Shown: positions 38,801-51,300, numbered from the stretch's first letter. The stretch is DNA of 64,000 nucleotides from Hyphochytrium catenoides (GCA_900088475.1 FLMG01000761.1:64903-128902); one strand, 5' to 3'. A program made the numbers and translations. Notes: generated from the letters alone by a model not told the origin.

Positions 38801-40280
38801 GGGAGGAGGATAGATGGATAAGAATTGTTTAGGGGCAGCAAGAGAGAAAATATTGAGGTTAATGTGAGCCGGAGCCAGCGAGAGCGAGCTGAGGATAGAG
38901 AGAGGAGAAGAGAGGCACATATAGTATATAGTATGGTGCCAAACAAGTGAGAAGCAAATGCCTGGCAAGCTTTTGAAGCGTTTTGACCGAGGGCCTGGAC
39001 CAGGATAGCAAGAGGAGAGAGTGTATGGCCAAAGAGACTCATCAAGCTAGCCAACTCAATGACTCTCCTCTACCTGATCTCCTGAGTAGTTTTGCAAGAA
39101 TGTCCGCGATATCTTGACCTCTCCCATCGCCTGAGCGTAGCTCTTGGGGGAAGTTCTCATGATAAGCTTTGCAAAGAAATGCGCCACTTCAGGCTTTCCG
39201 AGCTCCTCCGCAGCCTTGAAAGAGACCTGGCCCAGCATCAGGTACCTGAACGGAGAGAAGAGTGAGAAACAAGAAGAAGAGACAGACCAAGGGAGTAAGA
39301 GGAGTAGAAGGACAAACAGAAGACAAGAACATGGAGATTAGTAGTCCACAAGCATTAGAAGGAGAGCTGAGAAGGGTATTCACCGAAACCAAGATGAATA
39401 GACAGAAGATGTGATGTGAGCTATGATAGCTGCACAATAACAGAGAGGGCCCTACCGAGAGAGAGAGAGAGAGAGAGAGAGATAAAGGGGAAGATGGGGG
39501 GCCGGGGCCAAAAGAAGAGAGAGGAGAAGCGAAGAGAGGCAGGAACGAGAGACGAGGGGACTGGATAGAGAGAAAGAGAGAGGAGGAGACAGGATAGAGA
39601 AAAAGAGAGAGAGAAAGCAGAGAGAGAAAGAGAGTGAGAAAGAGATAGAAAAAGAGAGAAAGCGAGAAGCGAGGGAGAAAGAGAGAGAAACCAGAAGAAT
39701 AGAGAAGACGAAAAGGGGATAGAAACAAGAGGTTGTTCCTCACCTCTCCACATTCTTCAACGGATTGTGCAGTCCACTCTTAGGAATACTCTTCATGGTC
39801 TCGATGAAAGGTCCAAGCTCTTCCTTACTCGTGAGCGGGACCTTCATGAAAGACTCGCCGTTCATCGGATCCACGATGTCCTCCATCGCCTTCGTCGTAG
39901 CCCATTTGCCATTCACTAGGAGAGAACATAGCAGGAAGGGCAGATGTAGACAGACACAGACAGAAAGAGCCAAAGAGAGAGATGAGACGCCAGTCAAACG
40001 GGAATGAGAAAGTATATCAAAGGCAAGTGCCCTCGGCGGAAGAAGCACAAGGTCGTCTCCGGCGCCTTCATAGCAAACACATAGCGATGGCAGAGAGCAG
40101 ATGGTGACGTGTACCTAGATTGTGCACGGTGGCTGGGTGGCGGTGGCTGATGCCTTCAGGATCTACCGTCGACCATTTGGGAAGCATGGTAGAGATGGCG
40201 CGACAGAGAGCCGGACGAGTCCCACATCGGCCTATGACTTGCCTCTTTCCGAGGAGGACGGTCCTGCTAGAGAGAATCAT
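35862..40280 (-). CDS. ALDH12A1: Delta-1-pyrroline-5-carboxylate dehydrogenase, ALDH12 (plant/protist type), mitochondrial
   Basis: PKSGLHNPLKNVER|YL, PKSYAQA, YRWPYGAVAVVTPFNFPLEIP, LFTG|S, catalytic Glu in EDAGFDWK and catalytic Cys in SGQKCSAQS, TTEIFGP, and NGTTYVGLRARTTGAPQNHW|FGPCGDPR. The N-terminus is an Arg-rich presequence. Confidence 0.95.
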
Positions 40281-40976
40281 CTCTCCCTCTATTCTCCGTT
40301 GATTCGCGGGCTAGAAGAGACGCAATGAGCTTCAAGTTGCAGATCTGATTGAGCTTTCGGCAGTCCACCAGCAGCAGCTCCTCTTTTGCATTGTGGGCTG
40401 CTGGACTGTGGGATGTGATGAGGTTGCTCTATTGCCATCAAAAGCAAAAAGATTCTCATCTCAGTCTTCTCTCTCTCTCTCNNNNNNNNNNNNNNNNNNN
40501 NNNNNNNNNNNNNNNNNNNNNNNNNNNNNNNNNNNNNNNNNNNNNNNTCTCTCTCTCTGTCTCTTTCTTCTCTCTATCTTTCTTTCTCTCTCTCTCTCTT
40601 TGTTTCTCCCTCTCTCTCTCTTTCTCTTCCTCTCTTTCTCTCTTCCTTGCTCTCTCTCTCTCTTTCTTCCTCTGTCTCACTCTGTTCCCATGTTGTCTTC
40701 CGCTGGTCTCCTCTCTTTGTCTCTCTGTCTCTGACTCTTTGCTTTGTCTCTCTGTGTCTCTCTCTCTGTCCTCCACTGTCTGTGTCTCTCCCCGTCTGCT
40801 TTTGCTCTGTCTCTTCCTCGCGTTGCCTCCTACTTCTCCCTCTCCATCTCTCCTCTGACTCTCAGTTGCGAGTCCGAATATCAGCTTTTCCCTATATTCT
40901 GGTTGACTCCGTGTCTCTCTACTCGCTCTGTCTCTCGCCGTTGTGTCCCCACTGTACTACAACTGCGAACATCAAG

Positions 40977-41225
40977 ATGGACCGCCCACCCACCCTTAAG
41001 CAGGCTATGACCTATGGAAAATTTACCAATGGTCCTCCTGGACCACCCATTCTCACTTCAAGCTCATCATTGAGAATGAATGATGCGAAATACCGTTACA
41101 AGCATGGCTATATTCAGGATAAGCAGTTATTTGGCTTCTACGTTGAAACAGTACTCTTATATTTTTACAGCCCCTCACTTACAAGGAAGGGAAGAAGAAA
41201 AAGGAAGAGGAGAAGAAGAAGATGA
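40977..41225 (+). pseudogene. Orphan short ORF or probable frameshifted pseudogene (MDRPPTLKQAMTYGKF...)
   Basis: The ATG sits in a caagATG context like other genes here. It is preceded by a CT-rich intron-like tract ending ctcag at 40865. Downstream, GA-rich sequence reads as charged low-complexity protein in shifting frames. No recognisable domain. Confidence 0.3.
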
Positions 41226-41802
41226 AGGAAAAGAAAAAGGAGGAGGAAGAGAAGAAGAAGAGAAGAAGAGACAGGGAAAGCTATAAAGCCTTGATCTCGT
41301 CCTCAGCTCGATCTGCTCAACGCTCATCATCAGTAAAGGAAGAATCATACTTGACTTCCGCAGTAGGTGGAGGAGGTGAAACACCAACAACATTGTCATC
41401 ACCATCGAGCTCGAGCGCGAGGCAAGCATTTTCAGGTTCCAGATGCTGAAGAGGAATACGCTTCAGAATCTTGAAGCGTACGTTCTTCATGAATAGCCAG
41501 AGAGACCGTGGTGTGAAGGCGTACAGCCATGGCCAAGCGGGACCGACCATTGACCAACATGCGAGAAGCATCAAGAGCAGAGCAGCCACACTGAAGCTTC
41601 GCCAGATATCCCAACCACAAAAACAACGACGCCCGGCATAGCTCCCCCAACACTCCCAAACTAGCGGGACAAGTTGCAGCCCTACAGCCTAATAAGGAAC
41701 CTCATACAGTCTATTACCTCTACCTCAAATCGTGGATGACAGACCAGAAAGCAGGTCCTACGCTGATGTTCATACAGCTTGGATGACAACATGACAACTC
41801 TG

Positions 41803-42095
41803 TCCCTTATTTATTCTAAAGAAAAGTATGTTCTATGCAGACGGGACGCGGACTTCACTGTGAGCTGCAAAAGGGCCACGTTTGTTTGATAATGGGAGGG
41901 GGGACACAGCTTTGGCTTCAGAATAGACTAAAGCTACAGAGATTATATCCCTTATTTATTCTATAGAAAAGTATGTTCTATGCAGACGGGACGCGGACTT
42001 CACTGTGAGCTGCAAAAGGGCCACGTTTGTTGATAATGGGAGATGGGGGACACAGCGTTGGCTTCAGAATAGACTACTAAAGCTACAGAGATTAT
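41803..42095. repeat. Direct tandem duplication, 2 copies of about 145 bp
   Basis: 41803-41946 and 41948-42095 both read tcccttatttattcta..gaaaagtatgttctatgcagacgggacgcggacttcactgtgagctgcaaaagggccacg...aagctacagagattat, differing by a few substitutions and small indels. Confidence 0.95.
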
Positions 42096-42219
42096 GGACA
42101 AAGACCAAGTGAGGTCAAGAGTCAAGAGGGCATAGAATTGTTCTACCGTCCAGAAAAAGGAAATACAGAGGCCTTGAAGAAGATGTTCAAGAAGTTCGGA
42201 GGATCATTTATAAGTCTCC

Positions 42220-42360
42220 GCCAATGTAAAGATTGACGGTACCGGTAGAAATGATCTGAGCGTAGTTTCAGCCGAACCTTAATCTTATCCGTATGATGAT
42301 TGGTTAAAGTGGACCAATCGCCTCCTAATAGTCTTATACCACATACGTAAGATAGCCAAT
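42220..42360. promoter_or_regulatory. Cluster of CCAAT boxes upstream of the New1-like gene
   Basis: CCAAT/ATTGG motifs occur near 42221, 42299, 42314 and 42356. Confidence 0.25.
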
Positions 42361-42719
42361 GACAATGGGGCGCTCTCCGAGACTTGCGAAACCTAAGCTT
42401 ATAAAGCTGTAAACTTTCTGGCCGCTACTGGATGAGATTCATCTACCTAAATTTCTAAATCATGGCAGTATTCTACATGTACTGCTCTCCAGACGGGAAT
42501 TCTCCTAGAAAGTATCTCTTTTATCCTTGATACCTATCTGAAAGACAACTTAGTCTCTAGGGACAGGGAATCAGGCGCAACGGCCATTGGATGTGGATGG
42601 AGATTCTGTCCTCTCTCTCACCCTCGCTCTGTCTCTCTCTCTTTTTCTCTTCGGAAAGGCTTTCCCTCCTCTATCCCTTTCTCTGTCTCTCAAAGCTTGT
42701 CTTGGGAGTACAACCTTGT

Positions 42720-42737
42720 CTCTCTCTTCTCTCCCCC

Positions 42738-42779
<42 letters not shown>

Positions 42780-42901
42780 CCTCTCTTTCTCCCTCTTCTC
42801 TCCCTCTCTCACTCCTTTTCTCTCTCTCTCTCTCACTTATTTCTCTATCTTTCTCTCACTTACTTTCTCTCTCTTTCTCCCACTTACTTTCTCTCTGTCT
42901 C

Positions 42902-42940
<39 letters not shown>
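42720..42940. repeat. (CT)n microsatellite field; similar tracts at ~25526, 31504, 40550, 50980, 52525, 60360, 61101 and 63396
   Basis: Long perfect and imperfect CT/GA dinucleotide runs are directly visible. Confidence 0.95.
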
Positions 42941-42943
<3 letters not shown>

Positions 42944-42994
42944 GCAACATTGCTTTCGCACCCTTGCAGACACCCCACATCTGTCTCTCTCTCC

Positions 42995-45900
42995 ATGGCC
43001 CTTCGGTGCCAACCATCGCAACTGTGCTCCCTCTTCTTTCCTGCCTCCTGTCTCTTCGGTGCTCCTTCAATTCTTCGCGTGCTCTCTCTCTCTTTCTTTC
43101 TCTCTCTTCAGGTCGCCGCGGGGCCGCGTCACATTCTCATTGGCGCAGGCATCTTCAGCACTGACACATTCCGGATCTCCGTCTTCAGGAAGAGAGATCA
43201 AAGAAGTAAAGACGCCCCAAGACGAAGAAGAAGGAGAAGACGTCCATTCAGAGCTCCGTTGTCTGCTACATAACTCTCTTCTCTCTCTTTCCCGTTCTCT
43301 GTCTTTCTCACCCCAGCGACGTCGTTGAGTTCTCCGAAGCCTTGGTTTAAGAGGAAAATGCCTCCGGACGGGAGCACCAATGACAGCGTTAGCACGCAGA
43401 CGGTAGACGAGCTGCTTGCCAAAGTGTTCAAAGCGGAGAGCTCCCAAGAATGTCTTGATACGGCCACAGCGCTGGCAGAAGAGGTCAAAGCTGTGGGCAT
43501 CCCCACGCTTCTTAAGCCAGACGCACAGCCTGTGATCCCTGCCATACAAAGAGCGCTTACGGACAAAAAGTCTGGCATAGCTAGAGAGAGCGGGCTACTC
43601 ATTATCGTCGCTCTGGCGCGGGTATGCGGCCGCGCTGCGTCTCCATTCCTCTTTCCGCTCTTCCTGGAAACAAGTTTAGAGCTGCATGCAGATAAGGGGA
43701 ATCCAGTCAGAGTGGCGGCTGGGATGGCAGCAGAGGCGCTTCTAGAGTTGCCTCATCCTCTCTCCTACCGGCGTTTCGTTCTTCCCTTTCTCTTCAAAGT
43801 ACTTGAGGATGCATCTCGCCGCTGGCAGTGCCGCGTGGCCGTCCTAGAGAGCCTTGAGCAGTGTGCAAAGCTCGCTCCAGAAGAGGTAGCAGAGTGTCTT
43901 CCTGTCATTATCCCTAAGATTAGCGACTGCATGCACACGACTAGGAAGGAGGTGAATGACGCCGCGATGCGCTGTATGACGGCTGTTGTCGGTGTTGTCG
44001 GGAACGATGATCTTCAGCCATATTTGCCCTCGATAGTGAAGTGTATGGAGCAGCCTTCAGGCATCCCAACGATGATCGAGAAGTTATCAGCCACCACGGT
44101 AAGCAGCATACGCAGCTCTCTTCCTCTCTCCTTCGAACCCTCGCCAGCCTACATTGTCTCCTTTTGGACTATGGACTGCCATGGCTATGAGTCATTTTTT
44201 CACCCTGTCTGTCTCCTTTATCACCATCCAGCTTCTGACATCCACTCCTGGGTAGGAACTCCCTTCTCTTACCTATCGAACTGTGACATAACTGCGTGGG
44301 GCTACCTCTCAACGTCATCACCCTCTGCTCCTTCATTCTGTTCCAAAGTTATACTGATGATTCTTTCCGCTGCATCTGCTTCTTACCCGCTGTAGTTCGT
44401 TGCTGAGGTGACTGGGCCTGCTCTGGCTCTGTTGGTTCCTCTGCTAGCGCGCGCTCTATCAGATCGCTCGCAGCTGACCCTAAGAAGGACATCAATTATC
44501 CTGAACAACCTATGCAAGCTTGTGAGAAACCCAGCCGTCGCTGGACAGTTTCTTCCGCAGCTTCTCTCGAAACTCACCGCGATCTGTGACTCTGCCACTT
44601 TTCCAGAGGTTAGAGATCTCGCGATGGAGGCGAGAAAGACATTGATCAGCGTTGGAGGAGAAGGAGTAGAATCTAAAGGGACCGGAGAGAAGCAGCATGA
44701 GATCCCTCTTTCTCTTCTCACTGAGGAAGAATGGAACAAGAAAGACCAAGAAATGATGAAGGTGCTAATGAAACATTTGGAAGGCAAAGAGATGTCCACT
44801 CCTCTGCATCAAACTTTGGAGCAGGTGAAGCTAGTCTGCGTGGAGATGGACGGGAAGAGAAGTTATGAGAAAAGCTACTGGTCGTCCGCACTCCATGAGT
44901 ATCTCTGGCCCTTTCTCTCCAAAGAGGAGCTTCAACAGCTATCCACCAAGCTTTCATCGCACTTTCTGACAGCCTACAGGGCCAGCATGCGAGGAGGAAG
45001 AGGATCTGAGGCTAATGAGGAGGAAGAGGGAGAAGAACTCTGTGATTGCTTCTTTTCTCTTGGCTATGGAGGAAGAATCCTCCTTAGTCATACCAACCTT
45101 AGGCTGCGAAGAGGTAGGACATATGGCCTTCTAGGAGCAAATGGAGCTGGAAAGACTACTCTGATGCGGGCCATTGCAGAGGGAAGAGTCGAAGGCTTTC
45201 CTCCTCCTACAGAGCTAAAGACCGTCTTTGTGGAGCATCGGTTACAAGGAGAGGAAGCTTCTCTCTCTCTTATTGACTTCCTCGCTGCAGACGAGAGTCT
45301 CAAGGGCGTCTCAAAGACAGAGATTCGCGACACTCTTATTTCTTCTGGCTTCACGGACGACTTAATAGGTAGAGAGGTTGGCTCTCTATCTGGAGGATGG
45401 AAGATGAAGCTTGAACTGTCTCGCGCCATGCTTCTTAATGCCGATATTCTTCTGTTGGATGAGCCAACGAATCACTTGGACGTGAACTCTGTCCAGTCCT
45501 TGATTGACTGGATCAAGTCACAAGAGACAAGGACCTGTCTCATTGTCTCTCACGACTCTGTCTTCCTAGATGCGGTCTGCACGGATATAATCCATTATGA
45601 AGAGAAGAAACTGGTGAATTACAGGGGCAATCTCACAGACTTTGCGAAAAAGAGGCCGGAGGCAAAGAGTTATTTCACTCTCTCCAATGAGCAAGTGAGG
45701 TTTGTCTTCCCTCCGCCAGGCTTTCTGACCGGTGTAAAGAGCAACACGAGAGCCATACTGAAGATGAAGAATGTGACCTTCACCTATCCTGGAAGAGAGA
45801 AGCCTTCTCTCATCAACGCCTCGGCAGTTCTCTCTCTGTCCAGTCGTGTTGGTATCATTGGAAAGAACGGCGCAGGTAAGCAGGGTCATGATTTTGTCAG

Positions 45901-47238
45901 AGGAGAAGATAAGAGAGAGAGAGAGAGAGAGAGAGACAAGAGAAGGAACAGAATGTGGGTTCTATCTACTTATCGGAATCTATGGGAAGATACAGAGACC
46001 GTGGATGGGGCTCATTTAGTCACCATGTACACTGACGCTTCCTGCTCTCTTTCTTTCCCCAACCCTTATATGATAGGCAAATCTACGATGATCAAGGTGC
46101 TTACGGGAGAAGTGACTCCTCAGACGGGGACGGTGTGGAAGCATCCGAACCTTCGCATTGGCTATGTTGCCCAGCACGCTTTCCACCACATCGACCAACA
46201 CTTGGAAGAGACCCCGGCCAGCTATCTACGATGGAGATACGCCCTTGGCTATGACAAGGAGGTCTTAGAAAAGGAGACGAGAGTGTTGACAGCTGAAGAG
46301 AGAGAGCAGATGGACAAGCCTATCATCATTGACCACCAAAAGAGACAAGTTGAGTCTCTGCTAGGAAGGCAGAAGCTAAAGAAGAGCTACAGGTATGAGG
46401 TCAAGTGGAGAGGCCTTTCCCATAAGTTCAACACTTGGATGAAGAGAGAAGAACTTCAAGAGCTGGGCTTCTCCAAGCTTATACAGCGCTTCGATGACAA
46501 TGAGAGCTCAAGAGAGGGGCTAGGGTACAGAGAGCTGACCATTGAGACCATACGAAAGCACTTCGAGGACGTGGGGCTAGAGGGAGAGATAGCCATGAAC
46601 AACAAGCTCTACTCTCTCTCAGGAGGACAGAAGGTAAAGGTCGTGATAGCGGCCGCAATGTGGAACAACCCGCACATGCTGGTTCTGGATGAGCCAANNN
46701 NNNNNNNNNNNNNNNNNNNNNNNNNNNNNNNNNNNNNNNNNNNNNNNNNNNNNNNNNNNNNNNNNNNNNNATGGGAAAGCGTACTTTGTCCCTCAGCCCT
46801 GCCGCTCTCCGTCATTTCTCTTGAGATTCTCTGGCTTCCCTTTTCTTTGGTGGCTGCTTATATTCCTGGATGTAGCAATTCTTTTATAAATGCAAGGAGC
46901 TCTTTGAATATCTCGGTATGCGGTATGCTAACTCGAGCTCACTATTGTCGTCAGGTGTCTGTGCCACTGCTGATGCAAACTTTGCTGACGACGGAGAGAG
47001 CAAGGCAGACGCTGCTGCGGGAGGAGGAGAGAACGGGGAAGCTGCCTCTTCGAAGGGGCCAACGGCGGACGAGCTGATTGAAGCAAAGGCTAAGGAGAAA
47101 AAGAAGAAGAAGAAGAAACTCTCTAGAAATGAACTGAAGGCCCAGGCCGTAAGGAGACAGCAGCGCACTTTGCGTTGGATTATTGCGGGCGGGAACACCG
47201 CGGGAGCCAAGAGAGAGTCGGACACTGAAAGCGACTAA
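42995..47238 (+). CDS. NEW1: eEF3-family ABC-F ATPase, New1/Elf1-like (HEAT - 4HB - ABC1 - ABC2 with chromodomain - basic tail); start uncertain (42995 via two small exons, or 43358); part of ABC2 lost in an N-gap
   Basis: SATT|FVAEVTGPALALLVPLL, FSLGYGGRILL, GANGAGKTT, LSGGWKMKL, LLDEPTNHLD, FPPPGFLTGVKSNTRAI, GKNGAG|KST, HPNLRIGY, chromodomain GRQKLKKSYRYEVKW, FDDNESSREGLGYREL, LSGGQKVKVVIAAAMWNNPHMLVLDEP and tail KKKKKKLSRNELK...DTESD. Confidence 0.9.
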
Positions 47239-47609
47239 TCTTCTAAGGCAGTCAGTCCTTGGCATGTTATAGAGTATGATAAGGGCGATGTGGGGCATGG
47301 GTAACAAGGAGAAGAGCTGAGTAGCGAACCATTAGAAGTGCGAGATCAGGAGAACCGGCTTCCCCAAGAAGCGTTGAAAAGATATTGAAAGATTTAACAT
47401 TAATTTAAAGGATAAAACAGAGTAAACAGCTAGAGCAATATGTTGAATGAGAGTGGCAGAAGCGAGAGAAGGGATAGAAGGTCAGATGAACAGCTTCCAG
47501 GACACTTTCTCCTTGTTGTCCTCTCTCTTTTCTCCGATGTAAAACTTCTCTTTCTCTCTCTTCTCCCTCTCTCTTTTCCTCTTCCTCTCGCTTCTCAATC
47601 AGTGACGAA

Positions 47610-50154
47610 TCAGTGACAGTGAAAGTCAAGCAGTGCCACTTGCTGGTACTTGACAGCAGAATATTTGCGCTGGACGGAGTCCTGCTTCTTATGCATCGAC
47701 GCTGGACGACTGTTTGATGGAAGCACCAACTCTTGGAGGTCTGCTATACAATTATCTAGATCCTTGAGCTGATAGCGGGAGCACTCCGCGAGCGCTGCGT
47801 CCTAGAAGTGTGGAAAAACTTGGTCAATACAGAGTTCGCCAGTAGACCTTGTGTCATTCTTTCACTTCTTTTTTCTCTCTTGGAGCACATCGCTTCCTCA
47901 GATATCCCGCAGGTAGTTCTCTGTCATCCTCTTCCCGTAACTCAACCTGATCCGAGTCATCTAGTGGGAGTCTTCTACCCTTGGCGCTTCTATGGTTCAC
48001 CACTTGTGAAGGCTCTGATCCCCCTGAATCACTCTATTGCTGCCCAGCTCGCTGCTCTCTTTTCCGGTCGCCTAGACTTACCCATGGCTCACTCTCTCCC
48101 AGGAGCTTTCTGGCGAGATAGGCGGACGAAGCAGCTAGTGCAGAGGGCAGATAGTCCATCATATGGCTCTCGATAAGCGTCATCTCGCAGAGGTAGTGTG
48201 CCAGAGCTCTGACCTTTTCTTCTCTCATCCCGTCCACTCCCCTGTTCTCCGAAAGAGAGACAGCGCGAAGGAAGCGGTTGAGAAAGTAAAGTGGCGAGGC
48301 AACAGTGACCTTGAAGTTCAAATTCTTCAGGATCTCCTCTTCCATGTCCAGAATGTTCTGGGCAGAGTAGGCTTTGTCCGTGATGTATACAAGGTCACTG
48401 AGCTCCGGCGGATAGATTTCTTCGTACTTTGAAGCAACCAGCAGAGCTGTGACTCCTACCAGTTGCAGCTGTTCTTGGGGCACTTCCACACGGGCGAGGA
48501 AGCGATCTATGAGGTTTACAGTGAGAAAGAGTGTCTCATCTTCCATCTTGAACTTTGAATGTACATCTATCAGCCAATCCACGAGGATGAGGCGCTTTCG
48601 AGGCGTGATCTCAGGTTGAAGATCCATATAAGCGGAGGAGAGACGTTCTCTAGTCTGTGGAGAGAGCAAGGCAAATGGGAAAATGAGCGAAGAGAATGAA
48701 AGGGAGGGACAGACCAAGAGAGAGACGTGTACACAATGGAAGCAATTACGTTGAGAGAGCTTGCGAAAGACGGCGAAAACGATGAGATGGCACGCAAGAA
48801 GCAGTTTTTAACCCTGGGGTAGAAGAGAGGAGGAGGATAAAGATGTCTGATGAAGTGTGCAAGCCGCAGCTGTGCCTTAGGAATAGCACCTTCCTCCATG
48901 TGAGAGCATGTGAGATAGGCCATAGCAGTTGTAAACGATATCGAAGACTTCTCGACTCATAAAAAGAGAGAGAGTGAGAGAGAGAAAAGGTCGAGAGGAT
49001 ATTGATAGAGAATGAGGACAGCGCCTCGTAGAGAGCAGGAGAAAGAAAGAGCAAGTGCTTCCTACCTCGAGCTCCCGATAGTTAGCGTCAATGTCGTCAA
49101 TGTACTCTGGGGCCATCAGAGGGTCATCATACATTACATCTCGTTGTATGTGTCTCTCTCTTCTGTGCTCACTTTCCCGCTCCTCCTCTTCCCACAAGGG
49201 GACTGGGCTTATGAGCATCGCATCCACAGCCTCAAAAGGAGAAGACTCTTCCTCTTGTACAAAGTCCTCTTCTTCCTCCTCTTTTGTGGGTATGGGATCC
49301 TCTAAGAGTCGAAGTATATCTCGATCTCTCTCGTCCAACCAGCTGGGAGCCTCGTCCTCGCTCTCTCTTCGTCTGCTCTCGTCTCTCACTCTGTCCATTT
49401 CGTTGATGTCTCTGCAGGTGCCCTGAAGATGGATGTTAACGGTCTTAGAGAGAGAAAGGAAGAAGATTGAGGCGTAGCAGGAAGGGCTGGACCAGAAACA
49501 AATGTTCTATGAACAGCTGAGAAAAGCTAGAGAAGGAGCCAGTGAGGAAACGGGGGAGGAGGAAATAATGCTTTAAGGGAAAGAGAGAAGGTGTTTTTCT
49601 TTCTTATCAACGAACGATTCACAAGAGATTGTACTAGAGACGACGATACAAAGGAGCAAGAAAAAAAAAGAAGAGGAAGAGAGAGAGAGAGAGAGTCGGG
49701 TTGAGCTAACGGTCAAGGAGAGTTAACAGGGAAGCAAAGTGTTTGCATGAGATAGAAGACAGATGTCTAACCTCTGAAAGCGGAGCCTTCGCATGTCTCT
49801 CTTGAGGTTGAGAGACAACATTTGTCATGTCGCCCAGGATATTCCTCTTAAACCCAGGTTTTCCATGCTGAGAGAAAGAGAGAGAGCCCTTCACGGTGTC
49901 TCCCTTTCTTTTCAATAAGCCCCCTCTCTCTTGCAGCTTAGTGCTCATAAGGCCGACATTGTGGTTCTCATCCTGAGGACCGGGGTCCTGATGCAATAGA
50001 GAAGACGTGAAGAAAGAGAGTCAGAAAAAAAGAGAGAGGAAGAGACAGAAAGGAAAGAGGTGCACGAGTGTATGAGAGGGTTAAATGAGAGAGCCAAAGA
50101 ACTTGGAGAGATTATCTCCCCCAGCAGCCTCCTTACCCGATAGACGAAGGCCAT
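47610..50154 (-). CDS. Mitotic cyclin (B/A-type), 5 coding exons
   Basis: D-box RNILGDMTN, DPLMAPEYIDDI, cyclin box RLILVDWLIDVHSKF...ETLFLTVNLIDRFL...LQLVGVTALLVASKYEEIYPP, and C-terminal VQRKYS..KY..VA. Confidence 0.93.
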
Positions 50155-50977
50155 AATGGACGGCTTTAGCTGCTGCCGGATGACAATGGAAGGTCCTTGG
50201 CAAGTGCGGGAGCCAGGAAGGAGAAACAATTGAGAGGGGAGACCGGACTGTGTGCTGTTTGTTGCCTGGTCGTCTGCTGCTCTTCAGCGCACACTCAGCA
50301 AGACAGAGAAGCTTTTTGAGAGTGATGCCCTCGTCCTCCGCTGATCTTTCTCTCTTGATGAAGCGTCGACCGCGCGTATATCAATCGGTTGAACTCCTGG
50401 CTTCGTTCTTGAGAGGAAGAGGACAAGTCTGGCGAAGAAGCGGCATCTCCCTCGCCACTGAGGTTAAATTCTCCCACGCTCTCTCCCTTTCTGTCTCATT
50501 CTTGGCGCAAAATCGCGGCAGTTTCTCTCCGCTCGTACTGGCAGAAGAGAGAGAGAGAGAGAGAGAGGGTGCAGATACCCTACGTACAGTTGGATCAGAC
50601 AAGCCATAAAAGTATTTTTTCACCGAGAGAGAGGGAGAGAGAGAGACAGAGAAAAAGAGAGAGAGAGAGACAGAGGTGGAGAGAGAATATTGACGACAGA
50701 GATGACAGCATGTCAGAGTGCAGGAGAGAAGAGAGATGAGGTGCAAAGGGGGCATAATGGAACAACGAACGGCAAAGCCAAAGGCAACAAGCAGAAGAGA
50801 GAGATGACCCAGAGAGACAGACATACACAGCCGCTCCAGATCCGAGCCAGAGGGGAGGAGGAGGGTAGGAAGACACGCCAAAGGACCGGCAGAGACGAGA
50901 GAGAGGGAGAGAGAGACTAAGAGCGAGAGCGAAAGAGACAAGCAGCGAGAGCGATGAATGGAGCGAGAGAGCAGAAT

Positions 50978-51014
<37 letters not shown>

Positions 51015-51279
51015 AAGAGAGAGAGAAAGGCAGAAAGAGAGAGAGAGAAAGAGAGCAGAGAGGCAAGAAGATCCACAGCTTCAGGTTTCCCGCGCTTTTC
51101 CCTCCGTCGGAGCTGTCCGCTGAAGAGCCCAACCTTTCTGATCGTTACCCATACATAAGCCGGATACCTACGGCTTATATACGTAAAACCAGTGGTCTGA
51201 GAAGACATCACCCAAACCTACGCCGCCCTTGAATCCCTTGCTGATCGCACTTGGGAGCTAGTGTAACGTCCAGACTGGT

Positions 51280-51300
51280 TTTGAATTTTGAGCCGTTAGA
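51280..51300 (-). promoter_or_regulatory. MSA/Myb (TCTAACGGCT) plus CHR (TTTGAA) elements upstream of the cyclin gene
   Basis: The plus strand reads TTTGAA at 51280-51285, then AGCCGTTAGA at 51291-51300 (reverse complement TCTAACGGCT). A palindromic TAACAGCTGTTA and a CTTGAA lie at about 51331-51354. Confidence 0.5.

Noticed and set aside
42294-42385. C/D snoRNA suggested by ATGATGA and a short hairpin
   Set aside because: There is no terminal CTGA D box or closing stem; the sequence is better explained as CCAAT boxes.
42587-43328. Long Leu/Ser- or Arg/Glu-rich ORFs here and at 39189, 40349, 50381, 52416 and 59952
   Set aside because: These are translations of CT/GA microsatellites, which lack stop codons, and not real proteins.
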